Origin: a virus
Length of the DNA stretch: 64,000 nucleotides
Virus record (IMG/VR): IMGVR_UViG_3300025030_000045
Reading direction: 5' to 3' (one strand)
Below the pieces are notes generated by a model. It was given only the letters and a program-made list of their open reading frames with translations, was not told the origin of the DNA and made no database searches. Shown in pieces: positions 8,514 through 18,070 of the stretch (its first letter is position 1; every line of letters begins with the position of its first letter). The position numbers and the translations under genes are program-made.

Positions 8514-9641
8514 ATGAGTGTAACGATTCCGAAAAAACTCTGGCGCATTCACAATGAAAGAGAAGGACAAGAAAATCTTGTCTATATGACAAATCATGCC
8601 ACCGACTCCGCCTTCGAAAAACGAAAAGCAACCGGTTTACATTGGGCTCGACGTTGTATCGCCGATGATATGTTCAAACTCCCAGAGGTAACTTTCGAGA
8701 ATGAACCGCTCCCCGGCTTCAAGCTCCTAAAGAACGTCACTCGTTGGTCAACGTCAAATGTTGTGTGGCGAGTACAGGACCCACGTGGATTCGAGCTTGA
8801 GATTTACAGCGGCAATCTCATGGAAATTCTTCAGTGCTCAAAGATTGAGAACGGCGTCATCATGGACGCGTGTGTATGGGGTCGAGAAGATGGAAAGAAC
8901 ATTCTTCTACCGTTGTCATCTGAACCCTATGTTGCTGCCTTTAAGAACACCACCATGATCAACAACCCAATATCATGGGATATGGTGTGGGCCGGGGACA
9001 AGATAGAACTAACCAACGGTGTCATTGGAATTTACATCGGTAAGTACTATGTTGGGTATGTTGATTTTTACGAGCCAGGAAAGGTCGAGATGCTGTCAAG
9101 CAAACAACACATCTTGGAGATAGAAGAAGGTAAATATCTCCGAGGTGATAAGTTGATGCCGTTTAAAATTCTACGACCCAATAATCATACGAGCGCCGAA
9201 TCACTTTACGATATCGTCAACATTGCCCTCACCAAAGAAAAAGTGGTTTTTGACGGGGGTGCTAGGGGTGGTTATCGTAGTCGTCCATTCTTATCAACGA
9301 AAAAAGACGCACCCAATTTGATTTGGAATGCGTCTGAATTAGATGTATCGGATTCATCTATGTTACGATATGATGGAGTGTTTGTCATCAAGGACGAGAC
9401 AACTGACACATTTCACGTGAAGTTTGACTTGAACCAAAATGAAATCCACGGCATAATTCCAAAGGGTAACTGTAATGATTTAGAAAATTTTAGGGATGTT
9501 CTTGAAAGTGGCAAGGCGCCGAAGTTTTCTCCGTATCGCCACCAATATTCATATTATAACAGTGATGTAAGGACCCCACGAAAATTCATCATGGGCAATC
9601 GTAAAATCTATAAGATCGGTGTAACGGTAAACGGTATCTAA
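8514..9641 (+). CDS. Conserved phage hypothetical protein
   Basis: 375 aa ORF with WRVQDPRGFELEI motif. Confidence 0.65.
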   Translation: MSVTIPKKLWRIHNEREGQENLVYMTNHATDSAFEKRKATGLHWARRCIADDMFKLPEVTFENEPLPGFKLLKNVTRWSTSNVVWRVQDPRGFELEIYSGNLMEILQCSKIENGVIMDACVWGREDGKNILLPLSSEPYVAAFKNTTMINNPISWDMVWAGDKIELTNGVIGIYIGKYYVGYVDFYEPGKVEMLSSKQHILEIEEGKYLRGDKLMPFKILRPNNHTSAESLYDIVNIALTKEKVVFDGGARGGYRSRPFLSTKKDAPNLIWNASELDVSDSSMLRYDGVFVIKDETTDTFHVKFDLNQNEIHGIIPKGNCNDLENFRDVLESGKAPKFSPYRHQYSYYNSDVRTPRKFIMGNRKIYKIGVTVNGI

Positions 9642-10393
9642 CCGACCTTAAACAGTGTCACGGCAAAGATGTCATTTGGTGCATAAAGTTCAAGGAGCCT
9701 CATTGATTCAGCGATTGTGTTTCCACTCGTGACATAATCATCTACAATAAGAATGTTCTTCCCTTCTATCTTCTTTACTAGTTTTTCATCGAGTTCGAGG
9801 AAGTCAACTAAAAACTGCCGGTCTTGAGGACGTAACTTTTTAATCTCAAGACCGGCAGTTTTTCCAGTCTTAACATTATCGATGACTCGTTGAATATCTT
9901 TCCTCATCTTTTCATTCGGAACATCATCAGATACTTTTACTTTATCAATTGCTGCTTTAGTGATTGCTGCGGGAAAGAAGACTTGATTATTGATTCTTCT
10001 TGTAAACTGTTCGGCAAATCTTTTAGTCAGATTAGAACTTGATTTGATTGTGACGACTAGATCAATACTCTTTCCCTTCAGGACGGTCGCCAATAAGTGT
10101 TGTGTTGTTCTATTGAGAAAATGATCAAGGTCTTCTTCTCCAACAACTAAATCAGGATGTTTGCCCTTTAGTGCAACCATGATGTCTTTGGCCCCAGGAA
10201 TCTTTGTATCGACGACATAGCTGCTGAAGACTTCGTGACCATCGAACATTCGCCCACCCGTCTTAAACGGCATACGATTCCGCTTACCCATCTTAAGACC
10301 GACAACATCTCCATCGTTATTCTTATAATCAATACTGACTCTGTTACCAGCCAGCGCAATTCCTTCTGATATGAAGTCTTTGAATCGTATCAT
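9638..10393 (-). CDS. Type I phosphoribosyltransferase-fold protein
   Basis: PRPP-binding loop ILIVDDYVTSGNT; GGAG SD and GATAAATA upstream on the minus strand. Confidence 0.75.
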   Translation of the reverse strand: MIRFKDFISEGIALAGNRVSIDYKNNDGDVVGLKMGKRNRMPFKTGGRMFDGHEVFSSYVVDTKIPGAKDIMVALKGKHPDLVVGEEDLDHFLNRTTQHLLATVLKGKSIDLVVTIKSSSNLTKRFAEQFTRRINNQVFFPAAITKAAIDKVKVSDDVPNEKMRKDIQRVIDNVKTGKTAGLEIKKLRPQDRQFLVDFLELDEKLVKKIEGKNILIVDDYVTSGNTIAESMRLLELYAPNDIFAVTLFKVG

Positions 10394-10494
10394 AAATTTC
10401 TCCAAGTAATATTTTTTTATTATTTATCATTTTTCTATTTACATCTACTATGAAGTTTGATAATTTAAAACAAAATAATCTTTAACCAATCTGA

Positions 10495-10974
10495 ATGGAG
10501 ATAGAAATGTTTTGGTGTGATACTGTACGAATCGGTATTGTTGGTTCACGAAAACGCGATAGCGCAGCTGATAAAGAAGCGACACGTAAAGTTCTACTAG
10601 AACTACTGGGTGAACTGAATGCCAACATTAAAGTTGTGATCGTCTCTGGTGGGTGCGTTGTATATGATCGAAAGTTAAGGAAAAGAGTGCCTTGTGGCGG
10701 TGATCGTTTTGCCGAAGAGTTTGCTGAAGAGTACGGCTGGGAAAAAGAAATTTTCTTACCAAAGTGGGAAGACGTTGATCCGGAAAAGAACCAGCGATTT
10801 GAGGCGGCCCGTGTTCTTCTTGAACGCAACACACCGATTGCGGTGACATCTGATTATCTGATTGCGGTCGTTACTGAAGATCGCACGGGTGGCACAGAAG
10901 ATACCGTCCGCAAGTTCAAGAAACATAAGGGTAGACACAGTGATGATCGGCTTCGCCTTGTTCCACAAATTTAA
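10495..10974 (+). CDS. SLOG/DprA-like (YspA-type) protein
   Basis: IGIVGSR...VSGG...GGD.FAE...RN..IA...GGT. Confidence 0.7.
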   Translation: MEIEMFWCDTVRIGIVGSRKRDSAADKEATRKVLLELLGELNANIKVVIVSGGCVVYDRKLRKRVPCGGDRFAEEFAEEYGWEKEIFLPKWEDVDPEKNQRFEAARVLLERNTPIAVTSDYLIAVVTEDRTGGTEDTVRKFKKHKGRHSDDRLRLVPQI

Positions 10975-10999
10975 CCAATTGCCTTAAGGAGATCAACTG

Positions 11000-11326
11000 A
11001 TGTCAATCTTTGATGAAACTAAAATCGCTGCTCTTCAAGAAACCTTGGAGAAGGCTCTTTCTAAGAATGACTTCAGAACTGCGGCCGATGCCTTTAGTGA
11101 TCTCTCGAAAGCACAGGGCCGCATCCAGGCCCTGTTGTCAGCAACGCACGGTGTTATGGAAATCACGGGAACTATGCGAGAGGTACAACGTAGCACCGAT
11201 CCCGATCCCTTCGACGAAGAGACGATCTTTGATAAGAAGGCAAAGAAATATATTACAGGCGAAGGATATCCTTGTGATGTCATAAAAAGAGCATTTCCGA
11301 AATTCAAAATGAATATTTCTTATTAA
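11000..11326 (+). CDS. Hypothetical protein
   Basis: AAGGAG SD. Confidence 0.6.
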   Translation: MSIFDETKIAALQETLEKALSKNDFRTAADAFSDLSKAQGRIQALLSATHGVMEITGTMREVQRSTDPDPFDEETIFDKKAKKYITGEGYPCDVIKRAFPKFKMNISY

Positions 11327-11395
11327 TGAATATTTTTATTGACATCATCTTCTGATGTTGTATAATCGTCTCAAATAAAACAAACGGAGAACATC

Positions 11396-12247
11396 ATGGC
11401 CAAGAAAACCGATGCAGAAAAACTCGAAGCTCAACGCAAACTTAACGAGAAGCGGGAAGCCGAGAATCATGTGAGATATCTTGATGACCTTCGCCGCGCC
11501 TATATCAACGATCCCACGGTTCTTTATGTTGTTGGAAATCGTGTTCAACATGGTGCTATTTACGAATCCATTGTCGTCGCCGTTCTTGATGGTGGAAAGA
11601 TTCTTGAGCTTAAAGAGCGGATCAATCCCGGCCGAGATGACAAACCCGCCGCAGATGGTTTTATGCATCGTCTCATGTATGTTCCCTGGCACAGTGTTGA
11701 ACCGTATCGCACCCTTAATGAAAAGATGGCGATTCAAGAATTTCATGTCAAAGATGACATTTATGTCGAAGCAACATCTCGTTGCATTGACGGTATTGTC
11801 GGTATGCATTGGCATTTCGGGGTTGACTTTGATCCTGATTATCAGCGCGGTAACGTGTGGACCCTCGAAGATAAAGTTGCCCTCATTCACTCCATCTTCA
11901 ACAATATTGACATCGGTAAGTTTGTCTTCATCAAGTTGCCATACAAGGATAACTCCCACTCCTATGAAATTCTCGATGGAAAACAGCGCCTGACCGCACT
12001 GATCGAATTCATGGAAGGCCGATTCACCTATCGTGGTAAGACTTTCTTTGAACTTCATCCCTATGATCAGAATCACCTCGAGAACTATTCTGTTGCCGTT
12101 GGTCAGATTACCGGCGTTGTTACGGCCGAGCAGAAGTACCGTTACTTCCTCAAGCTCAACGTTTCCGGGCATGCACAGGACCCGAAGCACATCGCTTATG
12201 TCGAAGAACTTCATCGTAAGGCTCTTGAAGCAATCGGGAAGAAATAA
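11396..12247 (+). CDS. DUF262 (ParB-like/GmrS-type) domain protein
   Basis: PDYQRGNVW...LIHSI...EILDGKQRLTA...LN. Confidence 0.85.
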   Translation: MAKKTDAEKLEAQRKLNEKREAENHVRYLDDLRRAYINDPTVLYVVGNRVQHGAIYESIVVAVLDGGKILELKERINPGRDDKPAADGFMHRLMYVPWHSVEPYRTLNEKMAIQEFHVKDDIYVEATSRCIDGIVGMHWHFGVDFDPDYQRGNVWTLEDKVALIHSIFNNIDIGKFVFIKLPYKDNSHSYEILDGKQRLTALIEFMEGRFTYRGKTFFELHPYDQNHLENYSVAVGQITGVVTAEQKYRYFLKLNVSGHAQDPKHIAYVEELHRKALEAIGKK

Positions 12248-12249
12248 TC

Positions 12250-12522
12250 ATGGCCTGTTTATTAGACTTCGAATACACAACAAAGATTGATGATGAAGAA
12301 GTTACATTCGATGTTGAATTCAGTCTCACAACCGGTTTGCCGGGGTTTCGTGAAAAGAAGACGAATCTTCCACTCAGCCCCGATGATGAAGACGAAATTG
12401 AAGTAATCAAGATTACTGACTGTGAAGGCGAGGATGTTACCGAAAGCATCAAGCAGTCTCACGGTAATAAAATTATCGAGGCAGCCTGGGAATATCTTGA
12501 AAAGCAAAAGAACTCTTGGTAA
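12250..12522 (+). CDS. Small acidic hypothetical protein
   Basis: Operon context. Confidence 0.5.
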   Translation: MACLLDFEYTTKIDDEEVTFDVEFSLTTGLPGFREKKTNLPLSPDDEDEIEVIKITDCEGEDVTESIKQSHGNKIIEAAWEYLEKQKNSW

Positions 12523-12543
12523 ACACCAATAGGGAGATCGGTA

Positions 12544-12885
12544 ATGACAAAGAAAGTTCTACACTTCTTCAACCCCGGTCGATTTAAAGCCATCAAGTTA
12601 GTTCTTGAACACTGTCTGAATAATCAGCCGTTGGTTGGCCCGGACCGTCTTCTTGTTTCTGATCTGATCGACGAAGTCTCTTTGGAGATCGAATGTCAAA
12701 CACGCCAAGATCAAATCGTTGCCCCGGCTCCAATTTTCATTGTCCGTTGGCGTTACACCGGTGCACCACAATCTCATTGGCGCATTGGTAATACACCGGA
12801 AGAAGTGAAAAAATTCAAGAAACAACTAGAAGAGGTCGGCACTCTCGCCGCCTTCACTGTCTATACTGCGGAGGAATCAGAATGA
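12544..12885 (+). CDS. Hypothetical protein
   Basis: GGGAG SD. Confidence 0.55.
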   Translation: MTKKVLHFFNPGRFKAIKLVLEHCLNNQPLVGPDRLLVSDLIDEVSLEIECQTRQDQIVAPAPIFIVRWRYTGAPQSHWRIGNTPEEVKKFKKQLEEVGTLAAFTVYTAEESE

Positions 12886-13088
12886 GTGGAAAAGAGAAAC
12901 GAATCATTGATCTGTCGGGACCGGAGGGTAATGTGTTTTTCCTTTTCGGTATTGCCAAGCAACTCGCTGAGAAAACCGGGAAGAACGGCGACGATATCGT
13001 CAGGCGGATGAAGCAAGGAAATTATCGCAATGCAGTTGCTGTATTCAAGGAGGAGTTCGGCGATCACGTTGAACTTATCAACGAATGA
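12882..13088 (+). CDS. Conserved small phage protein
   Basis: IIDLSGPEGNVFFL motif. Confidence 0.65.
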   Translation: MSGKEKRIIDLSGPEGNVFFLFGIAKQLAEKTGKNGDDIVRRMKQGNYRNAVAVFKEEFGDHVELINE

Positions 13089-13861
13089 AGAATGAAAAAT
13101 TAAAAGGTCTCCGGGTCATCACAAATTTGCACTGTAACTATAACTGCTCCATGTGCTACCAGGTTGACAAGTCACGGAAGATTTTGACAACATGGACACT
13201 TGACGACGCTATTGCCGCCTATCCGAATAAGCACTTTGAATATGCGACAATCATGGGTGGAGAATCAACACTTCTTCCGGACCTCATCGATTACATTCGC
13301 ATAGCAGCAGCGAAATCTAAAGCAACGCGCCTGACGACGAACGGTTCGCTCCTCACCGATGCTGATATGCAGCAATTCAAGAAATACGGTCTAACCGGCC
13401 TCAATATTTCAATTCCGTCATTCCGTCATTATCATCCACTAACCGGTGGAGGGAGCCTCAAGCACGTCATTAGCAATCTTCTGATTGCCGCGGAAATCTT
13501 CGGTGATGAAAATGTCCGGGTCAACATTGCACTCTGTAAGGAAAATGTCGAGGGGCCCAACCCCGAGCTAAAAGAGCTGCTTGCCTGGTTTGTTGGACTG
13601 ATGCATTTCAATGTCACATTATGCGAAGACATCCTCGGCACATATTCCTTTTACGGTAAGTTCGACGAGATCGGTTGTACCGTCGAAGAAGAAACGAATT
13701 ACGGTCTGATCCTTCTCAAATATGCCGGCCATCAGATCGGTTATTACACACATCGCAACTCGGCATATAATGACACCGATCTTGTCGTAACGCCGAACGG
13801 AACATTCACCAATTGGGACGGCTATTGCGAATCGGTTGGTCATAATGTCAGGAAGGATTAA
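13085..13861 (+). CDS. Radical SAM protein
   Basis: CNYNCSMC, GGE, TTNG. Confidence 0.85.
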   Translation: MKNEKLKGLRVITNLHCNYNCSMCYQVDKSRKILTTWTLDDAIAAYPNKHFEYATIMGGESTLLPDLIDYIRIAAAKSKATRLTTNGSLLTDADMQQFKKYGLTGLNISIPSFRHYHPLTGGGSLKHVISNLLIAAEIFGDENVRVNIALCKENVEGPNPELKELLAWFVGLMHFNVTLCEDILGTYSFYGKFDEIGCTVEEETNYGLILLKYAGHQIGYYTHRNSAYNDTDLVVTPNGTFTNWDGYCESVGHNVRKD

Positions 13862-14391
13862 TATGGCATCATCGTCACCCACAAAGAGATTAAAGACAAT
13901 ACGGAGGCAGCCCACTTACGAAAACAAGATAGGGCTCATTTATCAATGGGTTACTGCCGGAGCAATAGCATTCAAGGAATACAAGAAGCTTCTTAAGGAA
14001 GCGCATAGTTACTCTGGGAATGAAGACCCGGAAAATATAATGGGGTGATGTAATGTCAGGGAGGACTGATCTATGTTAGAGCGTGCATCGGTGATGAGGT
14101 TGTTAAGAAAGAAGCGCCGTTATTTCGGCCACCAAAGTCGAGGCATCATCTCTGATCATTTTGGTCATGTTGGACCAAAGATCGAGGTCGGCTTCCTTAT
14201 GTATCATATCCTGAAGTTTTTTTCGTATCGTACATCTGTTGAAGAAATCAAGTATGACGATGACAATCAATCTTGATACACATGATATGAAAAACGAGCA
14301 CAAAGAAAATTGTCATTGTGTCCGTTGTCGGCCTCTTGAACGTCCATGCGGATGTGAACATTGCGAAGAATATAAATCAATGAAGAAATAA

Positions 14392-14817
14392 ATGAAGATT
14401 GACTTTGGTTCGGGACATGCTCCGGCCGTCGGTTACAGAACCTGTGACATGACGGCCGCACCATTTTTAGATTACTACTTTGATGCCAACGAGTATGCAA
14501 TCTTGGATTGTGGTGATGCAAGTGTTGATGTGATCCGCTGTAGGAATGTCTTACATCATGTTAAAGATATTCGCCAACTGTTAATTGAATTCCGTCGTGT
14601 ACTGAAACCTAACGGCAGAATCATAATCATCGAGGCATCCAAAGATTGTTATCGTATCAATGTCTTCCTTGACATTCTTTGGTACAGATATGTAACTTCT
14701 CGCCCCGACATCTGGGTGTCTCCTGTCTATAGAGATTATAAAGAAGATTTTATATCTATCTTCGGTAATGATTTTTCTTTCATTTCTCGTCGTGAAAAAG
14801 AATATCTTATAATGTGA
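14392..14817 (+). CDS. Class I SAM-dependent methyltransferase
   Basis: IDFGSG...SVDVI...VLHHV...RVLKPNG. Confidence 0.8.
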   Translation: MKIDFGSGHAPAVGYRTCDMTAAPFLDYYFDANEYAILDCGDASVDVIRCRNVLHHVKDIRQLLIEFRRVLKPNGRIIIIEASKDCYRINVFLDILWYRYVTSRPDIWVSPVYRDYKEDFISIFGNDFSFISRREKEYLIM

Positions 14818-14885
14818 AAAAATAGTTTGACATCATCTGTATATTTGTTATAATCAACTCAAATCAAATTGCCAAGGAGATCAAG

Positions 14886-16724
14886 ATGTCGGTCATCGAA
14901 AGAAAGAAGAAAATCAAAATGTGGAATCGTTCATATCGCGAAGGAAATCCCGCTGTCACCGATCTTCGTTATGACGATGAACTCGAACTTCTTCGCCTTG
15001 AAATTTCTCATGAGGAATACGAGGACTTCATCAAGGAACTCATGGAAGTCGGTGGTGACATCGTCCACGATTACGTCATCGGTTCCCTTCGCAAATGCAA
15101 GTACGGCGAAGCCGATCAACCCCTCACCAAATTCCTTACCAAGTTTCACATCAACAAACTTCTCGCCCAAGTAAAACTCGACGGGATGTGCTTCGTTGCA
15201 AAATACTCCTTCGGTAATTATATGTCGGCCGCAACTCGTGGCGACGGAACATCCGGTGAAGATATCACTGAGGCCTGCCGATTTGTTCTCCCGGCCACGA
15301 TTGATAGTAAAGAGGAACTCACCGAGGTTCGCGGTGAACTTACCCTAACGGGAGATTCCCACATCGTTCTCGGCTACAAGAACCGCCGCAATGGCACGGT
15401 TGGGATCATCAAGAAAGAAAAGATCATTCCTACTCGCCTTGCCCACGTCAAAGCATACTGTTACCAAATTCTCGGTTCAAGGAACACCCGGGTCGGTCAG
15501 TTGCTCAAACTAGAGGAGCTCGGATTCCTTATTCCTGATTACGACATCATCTCGATTACGCCTGACATGGAAGAAATCCTGAAGGCGCATCTCGAGGCGG
15601 TCAAGGTTGTCGTTCCTTATGACATCGATGGGTTGGTCATTTGCGATATCAATTACGGCGCCGAGAATGTAACTCATCCCGAAGGAATGGTTGCTTTCAA
15701 GGTTGATACCCCGGCCGTGCAGACGAAGGTCACCGGGCTTCGGTTGAGAATTTCCAAAGGCGGATTGCTGAAACCGACCGTTTTGCTTGAACCGCAAGAA
15801 CTCTGTGGTACGACGGTTGCCAAAGCAACCGGGTACAACATGCGGTACATTCTCAACAACCGCATCTGGGAAGGTGCAATCGTCCGGGTTACCAAAGGCG
15901 GAGACATTATCCCGAAGATTGTTGAGACGATGGAACCGGGTAAAGGTGGCGCCCCGTGGTCGGTTTGTCCGTCTTGTGGTGGAGATCTTGAATGGAATAT
16001 TGTTAATAAGAATCTCGTTCCTGTCGATCTGAAATGTAACAACGATGCTTGCCCCGCTCAAGGAATGCGTCAGCTTGAATACTTCATCCGCTGCTGTAAT
16101 GTTGAGGGTGCATCGGGAACTTCCTTTGAGAAGTGGGGAATCAATTGCATTGAGGACCTTCTCACCTGGTCGCCGAACGGTCAAGGTCGTATGGCTGAAA
16201 AGTTCTATGACAACCTTCAGGCGATCTTCAAGATGTCGAAGGCCGATCTTATGGGTGCCATGCCTTTTAACGGTGGCGGCAAGAACACCGTCGGTAAGAT
16301 CATCGAGTTCTACGGTTCCTGCATGCTGAAGCAAGGCCTCTGTAAAACGGAAGGCGAAATCGGCGGACCGTATCCCGAAGGAATGGGAGAGAAATCCCTC
16401 CTCAAAATTTTCGTGGCATGGAAAGCAAATCTTGAAATTGTTGACAAGATCGTAGACGACCCCCGCTACAAAGAGGAAAAGAAAGTTGAAGCTCCTAAGG
16501 CAAGCGACAAATTCGCTGGGAAAACGTTCTGCATCACCGGGACACTCTCCAAGCCTCGGAAACATTTCGAGCAGATGGTTGTTGCCAATGGCGGCGAACT
16601 TGCAAGCGTCTCGAAGAATCTGAATTATCTGCTCGTCGGCGAAGATGCAGGTGGTAAACTAGCCAAAGCCGAAAAGCTCGGCATCACGATTCTTAACGAA
16701 CAGGCATTCATGAAAATGATCTGA
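14886..16724 (+). CDS. ligA: NAD-dependent DNA ligase
   Basis: KLDG, TRGDG, EVRGE, DGLV, GDIIPKI, Zn finger and C-terminal BRCT. Confidence 0.93.
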   Translation: MSVIERKKKIKMWNRSYREGNPAVTDLRYDDELELLRLEISHEEYEDFIKELMEVGGDIVHDYVIGSLRKCKYGEADQPLTKFLTKFHINKLLAQVKLDGMCFVAKYSFGNYMSAATRGDGTSGEDITEACRFVLPATIDSKEELTEVRGELTLTGDSHIVLGYKNRRNGTVGIIKKEKIIPTRLAHVKAYCYQILGSRNTRVGQLLKLEELGFLIPDYDIISITPDMEEILKAHLEAVKVVVPYDIDGLVICDINYGAENVTHPEGMVAFKVDTPAVQTKVTGLRLRISKGGLLKPTVLLEPQELCGTTVAKATGYNMRYILNNRIWEGAIVRVTKGGDIIPKIVETMEPGKGGAPWSVCPSCGGDLEWNIVNKNLVPVDLKCNNDACPAQGMRQLEYFIRCCNVEGASGTSFEKWGINCIEDLLTWSPNGQGRMAEKFYDNLQAIFKMSKADLMGAMPFNGGGKNTVGKIIEFYGSCMLKQGLCKTEGEIGGPYPEGMGEKSLLKIFVAWKANLEIVDKIVDDPRYKEEKKVEAPKASDKFAGKTFCITGTLSKPRKHFEQMVVANGGELASVSKNLNYLLVGEDAGGKLAKAEKLGITILNEQAFMKMI

Positions 16725-16835
16725 TAGATTGTATAGCTCAATTGCCGACGGTCCTCTAGAATCACTTAGAGGACCGTTAGAGTGTCAGCAACGTTCCACT
16801 TGATAAATATTTCTAAACTATCAAGTGGAGGAACT

Positions 16836-17453
16836 ATGATTACTGTAGGCATTGACCTCTCAATGAGATCAACGGGTTTGGTCGCTCTTAACGACGAAAG
16901 AAAAATCATTTCAAAAATGCTCATCATGCCTTCTGCTAAAGAGTATAATGATGAGCATTTGCTTTTTCATGTTAGTGAAAATATTTCACGCTTTCTTTGT
17001 AAACTTGTAGAGAAAGACGAGGTCAGGGTAGTGATCGAGGGTCTCTCGCTTGGCTCTGCATCGGGCTCAAAGGATATCCTTTACGGTAACTATTGGATGG
17101 CTCGATGCGCGGTCAAAAGCGTTGAAGAAACGATCGACATTTTCTCCGTGCCGGTCACTCGGTGGAGAAAGTATATTGTCAACAAAGATGATCGTGATCG
17201 TATCAAAGAGGAGGACCTCAAAGATGGCCTCAAGATTGTCGCCGTTGAAAAATTACCGGAGAATGTCAAAGAAGAACTTCAGTTATATGTGAAGGTAACA
17301 CCGGGGGCAAAGCCGGCTTCTTTATACGATCTCACTGATGCATATTGGCTCGCGGATTATGCTTTCGAGCATAAAGCAATCGACGATGAATCTGATCGCA
17401 TTGAGTATGAGAAGAAAGCTGCAAAGAAGGCTGAAAAGAAAAAGAAGAAATAA
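16836..17453 (+). CDS. RuvC-like Holliday junction resolvase
   Basis: VGIDLS..STG, VVIEG, DLTDAY. Confidence 0.75.
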   Translation: MITVGIDLSMRSTGLVALNDERKIISKMLIMPSAKEYNDEHLLFHVSENISRFLCKLVEKDEVRVVIEGLSLGSASGSKDILYGNYWMARCAVKSVEETIDIFSVPVTRWRKYIVNKDDRDRIKEEDLKDGLKIVAVEKLPENVKEELQLYVKVTPGAKPASLYDLTDAYWLADYAFEHKAIDDESDRIEYEKKAAKKAEKKKKK

Positions 17454-17545
17454 GTAAAATTTCTATTTACATTAAACATCATATGAATTATAATGGCTAA
17501 GTTATGAAAGTTAAAAATACTTCAATATCATTCGGAGAAAAGAAA

Positions 17546-17683
17546 ATGAATGACAAAAAGAAGAACACCAAGACGGTTCAACAGATTGCTTCGTTCCGTT
17601 GCATCCTCCCTCCTAACAATGCCTTCAAGAACAAACGGAAGGACGCGGACCGAAAGTTCTGCCGCAGGAAGGTTGAATATTGA
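17546..17683 (+). CDS. 45-aa basic protein (not in the ORF track)
   Basis: GGAG SD; stop overlaps the pilin start (TGATG). Confidence 0.45.
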   Translation: MNDKKKNTKTVQQIASFRCILPPNNAFKNKRKDADRKFCRRKVEY

Positions 17684-17961
17684 TGCGGAGAATAAATGGT
17701 TTCACCCTAATTGAATTGATGATCGTCATATCCATCGTCGGTATCATTGCATCCATTGCCATTCCGCAATTTGCAGCTTATCGAAATCGTGGCCTTCAAA
17801 AAAGCGGGCCCGTTGTGGTTAAAGAGGTACAGCGTGAAAACGGCGGGATTAAATCAATATCAGTGAGGCGAGAATGTATTGATGGGTTTGCATTCACTGC
17901 TCTCGGTGGAGAAGTTATCCAGGTTCGTAATGAAAAAGGCGGCGGGGTTCCTTGTAAATAA
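17683..17961 (+). CDS. Type IV pilin-like protein
   Basis: Class III signal peptide G/FTLIELMIVISIVGIIASIAIPQF; C-terminal Cys pair. Confidence 0.85.
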   Translation: MRRINGFTLIELMIVISIVGIIASIAIPQFAAYRNRGLQKSGPVVVKEVQRENGGIKSISVRRECIDGFAFTALGGEVIQVRNEKGGGVPCK

Positions 17962-18070
17962 TCATCGCCACACAACATTGCTATTGACATTCAAAGGTGG
18001 TTGGGATATAATCTCCCAACCATTTTTATTTGACAGTGAAGTGAATTCATTGATAACGGAGTAATGAAAT

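Noticed and set aside
17546-17683. ArfA-like ribosome rescue factor
   Set aside because: Only size and basic composition match; the KGKGS motif is absent
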